Below, in pieces: positions 53,935-64,000 of a DNA stretch of 64,000 nucleotides. A program made the translations under genes and the position numbers. How positions within the stretch are numbered: the stretch's first letter is position 1; the number at the start of each line of letters is the position of its first letter. A model generated the notes under the pieces. The model did no database searches, was not told the DNA's origin, and saw nothing but the letters and a program-made list of their open reading frames with translations. The DNA is from Trichoplax sp. H2 (taxonomy: Eukaryota), in contig NOWV01000010.1 in NCBI GenBank assembly GCA_003344405.1, positions 744,001 through 808,000 of the forward strand. The letters are read 5' to 3'.

Positions 53935-54484
53935 CTGATTGGCTCTAAATTAACGGTCGCTTTGATACAATAGCAAAAACAGCCAATCAGCGGATCCGCA
54001 GCAGATAGTCCTTTACAGTGTACAGTACAGCACAGTACAGTACAGTACGGTAAAGGTTTGCATTGTACTGTACTCTACTGTACTCTACTGTACAGTACAG
54101 TATAACGGCAAGATGGAGTAGTCCAGAACTTGCGTATTCTGTGCAAAATAACTGGCCACCCTTGATCGTCATCTTGACTACAGCGAGAGTACAGTACTCA
54201 TTACACTACAGCGCGTACTAGCCAATCCATGACAACTTATTTTGCACACGAGTACCGTAATACTGTACTGTAATGCCAGGTACTGTACATCGTCCATAAC
54301 TGGCGTCTTCTGTGCAAAGTGAGTTGTCACCCTTGATCGTCATCTTGACTACAACGACACTACAGTACTCATTATACTACAGCGCGTACTAGCCAATCCA
54401 TGACAACTTGTTTTGCACATGAGTACCCCAAGACTGTACTGTAATGCCGAGTACTGTACATTGTACACTCGCGGATATTTTGAA
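53935..54484. promoter_or_regulatory. Bidirectional promoter with four CCAAT boxes and a CDE/CHR-like element
   Basis: CTGATTGGCT (53935-53944) and its exact reverse complement AGCCAATCAG (53981-53990); CCAAT at 54222 and 54393; CGCGG-ATAT-TTTGAA at 54470-54484. Confidence 0.6.
54121..54462. repeat. Two tandem 171-bp units (54121-54291, 54292-54462) in the ARMC1/MTFR divergent promoter
   Basis: Shared CACCCTTGATCGTCATCTTGACTACA and ACTACAGCGCGTACTAGCCAATCCATGACAACTT at an exact 171-bp offset. Confidence 0.93.
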
Positions 54485-54722
54485 TTGTGCAAGATTCAAA
54501 CTGTTGCCAGCTCGCAATTGGAAAATTTCTCGTCTTGGCCATCATTTTTCGCCCCATTTCTTCCTTCTGTTGATAAAAAGAGCTCGATAAGACGATTAGT
54601 AAGATTTTTAGTCCATGCAATACGAACACTACTACAATCTTCTAGTGTGTAGTAGCCAATAAATTACTATTCTCCATTTTATTTGTCAATTTGATTGGGT
54701 CAAAATTCATGCTTACATCAAA

Positions 54723-57700
54723 ATGGCTTACGAATTATTCGGATTGCATTGGAATTTTGAAGTGAACCCTACTGAGGTAAATGAAGATAGCTTTCAACGT
54801 CTTTCCAACTGTATAGTACTTATTTAGTACGTTATCATAGCTGTCTTGAATTGTACAAGGAACTTATTTCACTTCTTTGACTAATTAATTCATGATGGCT
54901 TACCAATGGCTGTACGCACATTTCAAATTTCAATACAATTTTAAATTGAACCTAACTGTGGCCAATGAGGATTCATTTTACTGTAGTAATAGTGCTTGTA
55001 CTATATGACGACCATGGAGGATATTATCACAGCCTTCTTGTACTGTAGAATTGCATTAAACTGTTTCCTTGACCGATTACTGATGGCTTTATACTATATA
55101 TATATACTGGATGTGACATAGATGTATCCACTATTATCAATGATTCCTATTTCAGTCAAGTTTCAAATTCACGTCTACTGAGATAAGCCATGATTAATAT
55201 AGCAAGTAATAATAATAACTATAGGCTCTGTTCATTATGTGACCATCATTGAGTTGATCTATTAGTTGCATCGACATCTCATAAGATAACGTGCAATGGT
55301 GTTTCTTCTTGAAGTTCAGTTATGAGTATATATTGACGGATAAATACAAGATAGTACTCCACTCATTTCTACAGTACAGTATTAGCATCTCCTTGATACT
55401 AACATGCTATACGCCTACTCGAATTACTTCTATATTCTCGTTAATACCATATTGGATAACCTTGCAATAATATATTTTGTTTAAAATATAGTTACAGCTA
55501 CAGTATACTCAATGGTGATTGATGTTCTATTCCATAAAATATCTTGAAAATTTTTTTCTGTTATCTCTGCTTATCATTTTAGCCAAGGCCTCTATGGGAA
55601 TCGAACAAGAGATACTCGTCCCAATGTAATAAAAGCATCGTTCGCCAAATTGGTAGCCGATTACCTTTAAAGCCTCCAGATAGAACTCATTTTCAGGTAA
55701 GTTATGTCTGTATTATATATTAATTATTAGTCATGAATGAGTCTTGACGCCAATATATCACACAGTACTCCCCTATCCTATACAGTATACAGTATACTCA
55801 CTCGTACGATACAAAAGATACTACATGCAGCATTTATTGACAATATCCATCTTACCATTTGTCAATGTAATATGATATGAAAGAGCGAGTGTCAAGTCTG
55901 TCATTTGAATACGTCTATAAAAATTAAATTAAAATATCCCAAGTTTTTGTTGTTTTTTAATACGAATATTGATGAGACATTCGGATCCTATACCTGTTAA
56001 CTAGTGATGATAAATTTCTTTCAAAAAGGATTACTCATCAAAATCAATAGAAGGTAAAATAAAATAATATAATTGATTACTATTTTACCACTCTATTACT
56101 TTATAGCTATGCCCAGATGGTACTTCTACTATCGATGGCTTCTCTTCTCTCGCCCATCAAATGTTCACCAATGATGAAGAGAAATTAATGAATCCTACTG
56201 CTACTTTAGAAGATGTTGGTTGGTTATTTGAAGAAGTCGATGAAGATGTTGGCATAATGTGGAGATCATCAACACTACCGTTGGCATTATTTGGTACTGG
56301 ATTAGACGAGAAGGACTTAGGTAATCTAAGATCTGTTACAAATCCAATAAAGATTTAGCAATTTTAATATATTACGGAACACGAACAGACAAGGAGTCAT
56401 TAGACCTTAATCTTATTTAAAGTCACATCATCATTGTTAATGATTTATGTTTACTTACCCAAAAATTTAAGCAGGTAGCGAAAGCAATATTAAATGCATA
56501 ATACAATCACCAAGCCAAGCAATTCTTAAGAAATCCTCGTCACCTAATACGCAAAATCTTCGGAAAATTACTGCACTGGAAGATGAACTAGCTCGACTCA
56601 GGGAGCAAATTTCAGTTTTGGTAGTTAAGAATGATCCTATCGCTACTAATGACAACATTGCAAAATGTAAAGTATTATTTATCTGTCAAATAATGCATAA
56701 ATACATCAATTTCTAGTTAATATTTTTCGATGTTTTAATATAAACTACAGTTTATTAGTCTGTCATTAAGAAGAGTTTGTAACGAATAATGTGATTAATA
56801 TCAGTTTTCTTAATGTATCATTAGCTATACCTCATGCTACAGTTCCATTCACCGCTCCCGCGCCGCCACCACCACCACCCCCTCCACCGCCACCACCGCC
56901 GATGGCCAATGTAAAATTAATGCCATCAATAAAGTCTAAAACGAAGGTAATAAGCTTGATGAAAAGTAAAAATTGCAGTAAATTATAATAATTTTTTTAG
57001 ATTCTATGTTTACTATATGTATAATTGGCATAAAATAAAATATAATTAGCAAGAAGGGTCTTGCATGATAAATTTAGCCCATAGCCGTATACATGTACAC
57101 ATGTCAATAAGTGACGTTATATTATAGAATACTACTGGAAATACCTCTAATAATAATAATGAAAATAAGATGCCAACGATTAGAGATATCGTAAAGGATA
57201 TAGGTAAAGTCAAACTTCGACAAACACCAAGGTAAATATAAATATATCCCTTACCATATCAGTGCTCATTTTTTAAGTACAACCATGAAGTTACTATATT
57301 GCATGATTTACTAGATGATAAGCATTGCATTTTTCATTTCATAATTAACGCATACATTTTTATTCCGTACAAATACTATACTTGTAATACTTTTAGGTCT
57401 CCTGGAGGTACTCCGCTACACAGAAAGAAGCCTAAGACCAACCCTCAAGACCCTGCTTCCATTATTGCTGAAGCATTAAAAAAAAAATTTGCGAAGCAAA
57501 TGCAGACATCATGGCAAGAATCTCCTGGTATGATAAACAATTTGCAATTAACTGTAAATGCAACACTAACTTAATTAAATAAGGCATATTTTTAAATTAG
57601 ATTGCGAACCGTTTACTCGACAATGTGTTACAGTTATTGGATATTTGAATGGGAAAAATTGAATTTTTTTCTCTTACACTACAATTATCACGCGTACTGT

Positions 57701-58023
57701 CGTTAATTACTCATTAATGACTCGTATAATTAATTCTTCACCATAGTTTATTGTTAACAAACGAAACCATTTTTTTCAACTAAAATACAGATAAAGAGAA
57801 TCGATCTTCCTCATCTTTTCAAAGTAGCCCTAAAGCTTCTGAATATTGGTCAAAGGTATAACTATAATTAGATTAACTTGCAACCGAAAAAATTGTATTA
57901 ATACAAATACACGTTTATCGATTAACACTATCTTAGACCGGTGCAAGCCCAAGAGATTCTAAAAATCGCAGTAACTTGTCATTTAATAATCCGTCCTCAC
58001 CATTGGCTGTTAGAAATGTGTAG
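54723..58023 (+). CDS. MTFR1: Mitochondrial fission regulator family (MTFR1/MTFR2/MTFR1L) protein
   Basis: Exon 55583-55696 KSIVRQIGSRLPLKPPDRTHFQ; ATLEDVGWL; KITALEDELARLREQI; poly-Pro tract; RSPGGTP...DPASIIAEALKKKFA; stop 58021-58023. First exon (54723-54776) is less certain. Confidence 0.9.
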
Positions 58024-59200
58024 CCTGAGCCATGTAACACAAGACTGGACAAACGTAGATATTTACTAATTGTTAATCTTAAAAATTGGGTTACCTTGAT
58101 GAAATTTATGATAGCAACAACAAAGGAAAAGTCATAAAAATCTGTTGATGCAGTGTAGAACTTAGAGCTAAATAATAATGTAACAAATAGCAATGAATGA
58201 TTTCGGTATATATGTACGTAGAACGGATGCTTTGGTTGCAGGTTAAGTGATTGGTTGACTATTCAGTTTTCTATTTCAAATTTAAATTCTACAATACGAT
58301 AATTAGTGCTAAATGCCGAGTATGTTTATGTTAATATAATTATTCCGAATTCCGTCTTTAAATGCAACATATCACTACCAATCGAGCACTTGCTAACTTG
58401 AGGGTTGATAAAAACGATAGCTTGGTTGCGGTGTTCCTAAGATACTACAGCTCATTGAGCATTTTGTACAAAGAAATTAATTTAAACAAGTACGCCTGTT
58501 GTAGCAACACAATGATATATAGTTATTGCGATATTAAAATACTGCATCAAAATTTTTAATAAATGTAAATTTGTACATGCTAAGATGACAGAATCATGCA
58601 TTTTACTTCAAATGACCAATTTGAATAATTCAACGTTGGTACAAAAAGAATAGTTATTACTGTATATATATGCTCGATTTACTTTATTAAATTATTTATT
58701 TTATTTTATTTTATTTGTATCCGATCAGTTATTACACTAATTAATCTCACGAGTCCTTGTGTAGGTATTTGCACCATTTATTGCCCCTCATATACGAGTA
58801 TATCCATACCTCATCCACCTATTATCCTATGAGAACTTATCAGTGACACGCTAAAGGAGTCTTCCTCTCTTTTTTAATACTCTGTGTTATACGTAAATAA
58901 TCATTTATCGCAGTTTTAATACGTTAGATTAAATTTTTTAATTTTATAGACTGCTTAATATGGTATGAGCTATAGAAGAAATGTATCTAGTCCGACTCTG
59001 CCTTGCACATGCATTTTCATATTAAACAGTCAGTACATTAATAGATAAGAATAATCCATACCGTAATGTTCACATTCATACAATAACTTTCTAAATTTAA
59101 CTATATCAGGTTGGGCACCAAAGTGCAAATGATTCAATTCGATTTTTAGAAAGATAAATTAATGAACAAGTAACGTAGGAAGCGGTGCGGTTTTATTTCG

Positions 59201-59204
<4 letters not shown>

Positions 59205-59230
<26 letters not shown>
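59205..59230. repeat. (AT)n microsatellite
   Basis: About 13 AT units. Similar short tracts: (AT)n near 63571-63588, (ATT)n near 52776-52799 and 59567-59582. Confidence 0.9.
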
Positions 59231-59234
<4 letters not shown>

Positions 59235-60405
59235 GGTATTTTCTAAATTACAATAACTTATTAACTAAAAAACGATACCAAGTCAGTGGTTTAGTTTTAT
59301 CAATTATCTGACATAATGGAAACTTTCTTCGAAATTCTCGAAAAGCACCAAAATTTTTTAAATCGAAGTAAATCATTGCATAATTGTCAACATACAAGAT
59401 AATCGAAAATAATAACGCGTTGCTCAAGGTACATTTTAGTCAGATAAAATACTACAGTCGAAAACAAAATACAGTAGATCGCGTCAGAAACCTAACAGAT
59501 GCTAACGCTACCTGGTGCATATTCAAATTTTTAAGTTTACATATATTATTTAGTAATCAGATAATAATTATTATTATTATTATAAAACGAAAATCAGTAT
59601 AAAGCAAAAATTTATCAACCGGATCGGTATAATAAAATTAGGTTCTGTCTACAAAAAAGTGACAGCAATCTAAATAAACTGTTTAGTTGCATCAATATTT
59701 ATCAGTTTATAATAACAACCTAAAATGTATCTGTTTTAAAAATTTAATACAGACAGTATAAAAGGTAAAACGGCATTTTTATGAACAGTAATAACAAAAG
59801 CACAACTATAATTTTGATTTCATATCTATCTATCGTTGAGAAGGGGTGTCGAAAGAAATCTTATATAACAAAAATCAATAGTGGTATGTTAAAAATTGTT
59901 GCAAAGGTATTTCGGTTCGTTTTGTAGTACTAAACAAAATGACATTGACATATTTATAGTACTGTATATATCAACAGTAACACCAATAAAGAACACTGTA
60001 ATAAAATAGAACTTTGAGTGAAGATAAAGTTTATCGAATTTAACTTAATTGGTAAAACGTTACATGTCAGCCTTATTCCTAAAAAGTTCTGACCTGATCG
60101 ATAGTTTTGATTAACTCATTAGATAAGGAGTGAATTATCAAACAAAGATAAGAAATGGTAAAAATTGAACGAAAAAAATAAAACATCGAACAGACAAACA
60201 ATCTATAAAAATTGTAAATTAATTTAATAATGTTAATTAATACTATAATGTGGACTCTGTCTATCTAGTACGGAAAAATTTATAATGCACACTTGGAGTG
60301 AAATTGTGTCTGGTGGTATTGGTATCTAAAAACATTGGCAGATTGATTGACGGAGCAAATATTGTTACATCGGGTATTATTCTCCATCCATAGGAAAGAA
60401 CTATT

Positions 60406-63400
60406 CTAATTTTTTTCACTTTTGACAACTTTGTCCCATTTCACTAAGTTATCGTTCATATTTTCCAGCATCATATCACATAGAGGTGTATGTAAAAAGT
60501 CTGACCAACAGCTAAATAACGGCCTTGCCACATATTGGTAAAATCCTTTCAAAAATAACAAGTATCAATAGAAAAAATTTACGGATACAGCATCTATAAA
60601 TTTAAAGATTTGACCCAGTATAGATTTCATACATATCTTTCAATATTTAACTTATTTATAAGCTGTATCTCGACAATCAGGTATACTGTACTAACCAACT
60701 TGAATATCAGCAGTTGTATGCTTAGTGTCGTCAAAAAGTGGAGAAATTTCAATACCAAGTTCCTTTTCCTTGTTACCTGTAAACGCGTAACAGAATATTT
60801 ATTTAAATAATTTGCAACAAAACGAAAACATGGCATTTCATATAAGAGGATACCCCCCACCTTGATCGAAAAATTCTGATGTAACTCTTTTACTCCATCG
60901 CGAACATAGATGCCATGATCTACAAGGATTACTTATGTCTGCACACTTTAATGCAATCTGTAGCATTAAGGTCTTATGATCATGGTTATTGATATTGAAG
61001 GTGTCGTTATCTACAAGTAACTGAAATTGAAACAAGCGTGTGGCATTATAATGACTTCAAGTAAAATAAATAAATACAACTGACTGAAAAATCAGGTTAT
61101 CATAGTCATTTTTCTCAACTTGACATATGTATTTAGATTAGTAACAGCTTGTATTGTATGCTTTTAAGCATGTCAGCTACCTTAAATTTGGATAGATATT
61201 CTTGCTGTTTAGCCATATCAGTTGATAAAATCAACGCAACAATTTGATCTTCAATAAATCGCCTACCAAAATATAGTACCAGTGCACCATATAATAAAAA
61301 ATTTTTATTATCGATAACAAAAATATATCTCATGCACTACGTAGCTAACTAATTTATCACTAAAATCAATAAATTTACCGCTGGCTACTTGGTAAGTGTT
61401 CGATAACACCAGAGTCTCTCAGTAGAGCGATAGCAGCACGACAATGATGATTTTCCAGGACAGATATAACCTATGGATTAATTCATATATACATACAAAC
61501 TGAGAAAAAATATTAGTAAAACTAATCCAATAAAGGGGGACTTACCCCGAATATTTTGGGTAGAAAATGTGAAGTTGCGATTAAGAAATTTTGATTAACT
61601 CCTAATGTGACCAGCATTAAAGCAGACATTATAAAGTTATCTTTAAGTGTAATGGCATATTTGAATAATAGCAGAATATATTCATTGATAGATATGTCAC
61701 CTGGATGGTCAATATCATGCAAAAGTGCAGCTAGTAATGAATAGAATATTTCGATTTCGCTTAAGGAATCGGCAATCTATTAATAAAATTAAATGTAATC
61801 CTTTATCATGGAAATTGACAACGTCCTCAATCTAGAAAAAACTCCCTTATCCCTGAATTATATGAGAGGCTAATGACAATACGAATTTCCAATATCAAAA
61901 ATTTATCGCATTTAAAAGCGCAACATTACACCGTAAGAAATGCAAGTCTATAGGGTAAGATTTCACCTTGGCCTCCAATAGATAGCAATGTACTGCTTGA
62001 GTGACATCTGCAGCGTGAGTGGAATTGTGAAATGGATTTCTTCGATGGTATGATTCTTCGATAAGTTCTAGGATGAGAATAAATACGATTAATTGAAATT
62101 GCGCCAATAAAAAGTTCTCGTATAGAATGATAAAAATTTTAAATCACACTTTAAGTAGCCAATTGAACGTAGAATATATAATACCATGTAACATCTAATA
62201 TAAATGATTCGATAACGTGCGATTAATTATTGTGTCATATAATACTTACTACATAATCGCATCAATTTAAGAACGTCCAAATCAAGCGTAGCAATTAAGT
62301 TATGTTTTTGAAATAGATGCATGGCAAGATTAAATAGCGGATGACCTATTTTAAAAATATTACATTGAGGTATAAAGAGAAAGTTAATTGATATGTACGA
62401 TGTTGTAAAGAATAAGTAATTACAAATTATAAAGTAAGTTAGATGAGTACGTAAGATTTAATATTAATACATAATTGTCTACAATTCTTAATATGGCTGT
62501 GTAAAGATTTTACTATGTGAGACAGCATAGCCTACCTCATAGCCCTAAATTATAGACAATGATTTTATTAGAAAGGATCGTGTAAAATAATCCCTTATGC
62601 AACCCTCATTAGTACATGATAAGAAGAAAATACTCATCGATCGGTTATGTATGCACTAGCTTATCAGAAACTAATTTGCCTACAGTAGGTTTCAACCCAT
62701 TAGGTCTATATTTACTATACGGTATATGGTTGCTATCAAGTGTTTCCTAAATAACTGAATCAATGTTATTAAGCCTCCCTATGGGTATAAATATCGATGT
62801 AGCGATTAGCTTATACTAATTCACTAAATGGAAAGACTCATTATACCAAGGACCTCAAATATCCAATGAATTATCAAAGATCTCATACCGTACAAGAAAG
62901 TCCGAAATTATCAATAAATTATAAACACAGGCATTTCTATATTGCCATATTGTATAAATAACTTTGTTCATGTATGTATATGTACACTTTTAATACTACA
63001 ATTTAATCTCTACCACTAATAATGTTACGGGGTATAATTAACCATGAGATGGTCTAGCAACTAATGAAAGGATATCAATCATTGCACTAATTTGAACTCT
63101 TTCTGAAGTTAATAAAACTAACGCAATACTACAAGAGTATCATAATGTTAAAATATTGGCTAATTATCATAATTACAATCATCAAACAAAAACTAAAGCA
63201 CTGCTTAATGCGTCAACCAAAGATCGAATAATTGAAACAACAAGACTACATTATGAAATAATCACTAAATCATACCTCAGTATATCAAAAGCTATTATGC
63301 CCTAAGGTATATGGGCATAAATTTAAAGTATACGAGTCAGTAAAGCCTATACTATCAAATATTAACGTTATCCGTACAGAACAAAGCCTAAATAGCGAAA

Positions 63401-63888
63401 TATCGCATAAAGAGAAAAAGTTTAAATCCATAACTATGAAAAATATTTAAGTTTATGTATATAGGTCTCTAGTATCAAGTCACACTAGTCTATGATAAAA
63501 TAAAAGAAAAATTTTACTGTTTTATTTATTGTTTACAGAAATACTTCTGATCTATTATCAATCGATATAGATATATATATATATATATCATGAAATTTAC
63601 TAGCTATTTATATATTTATAGAGATAATATGTAAAAATGCGTAGAGTACCAGTTTTAGCCTAAGTATATCGTTAAGAAATGAGAAAATTTTGCAGGGTGT
63701 GTGTACCTTGCACAGATGTGAATTAGAATTATAGTAATTTAGAAAACCTTCATTCTTTTACGGTAAACTAAATAAGGAAACGAATTGGTAATATTACCCT
63801 GATTTAGAATAGCATATTTCTTACCTCTTGTTACTAAATCCAGTTTTATTGTATCAAATTCCCATTCGTCGGCATTATCTAATAACAT
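60406..63888 (-). CDS. PDE7: Class I cyclic nucleotide phosphodiesterase, PDE7-like; 3' part, starts beyond the right window edge
   Basis: [75 protein letters not shown]; stop 60406-60408. The neighbourhood with MTFR supports PDE7. Confidence 0.9.
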
Positions 63889-64000
63889 CTGTGAAATATC
63901 AACAATCAGTTTCTATATTGGTGGATATATGAATGTAACATATAAATAGATTATATCATACAAGAATCAATATGTGCCATAATTTAAAGCTAAATCATTA

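Noticed and set aside
34122-54652. Short ORFs rich in YSTVQYCTVL in the ORF track (e.g. 34569-34793, 42670-43049, 53648-54652)
   Set aside because: Translation artefacts of the stop-poor TACAG/CTGTA pentamer runs.
60280-60408. ~41 open codons after the PDE7 stop (possible readthrough or A-run frameshift)
   Set aside because: No readthrough context, no recognisable targeting signal, and the catalytic domain is already complete.
60845-60862. GTATCCTC U12-like donor in a PDE7 intron
   Set aside because: The upstream GT after ..FFDQG keeps the frame, and no U12 branch site precedes the acceptor.

Overview
AT-rich, intron-dense animal genomic DNA with short introns. The composition and protein divergence suggest an early-branching metazoan such as a placozoan (Trichoplax-like); this is inference only. 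Nine spliced protein-coding genes were reconstructed by hand: laminin alpha1/2-like (-, runs off the left edge), FBXO25/32 (+), TRIT1 (-), Myc (+), PSMB2 (-), ArfGAP1 (+), ARMC1 (-), MTFR1/2 (+) and PDE7-like (-, starts beyond the right edge). Most interesting signals: (1) a minor-spliceosome (U12) intron in TRIT1 that apparently needs AT-AT termini; (2) a palindromic TACAG/CTGTA-rich element, including the exact 15-mer TACAGTGTACAGTAC, at three divergent promoters and at one orphan promoter-like island downstream of Myc; (3) tandem duplications inside two bidirectional promoters; (4) a vertebrate-style CCAAT + CDE/CHR cell-cycle module in front of MTFR; (5) ancient microsynteny (ARMC1-MTFR-PDE7, TRIT1-Myc). 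No tRNA, rRNA, CRISPR array or autonomous transposon could be supported.
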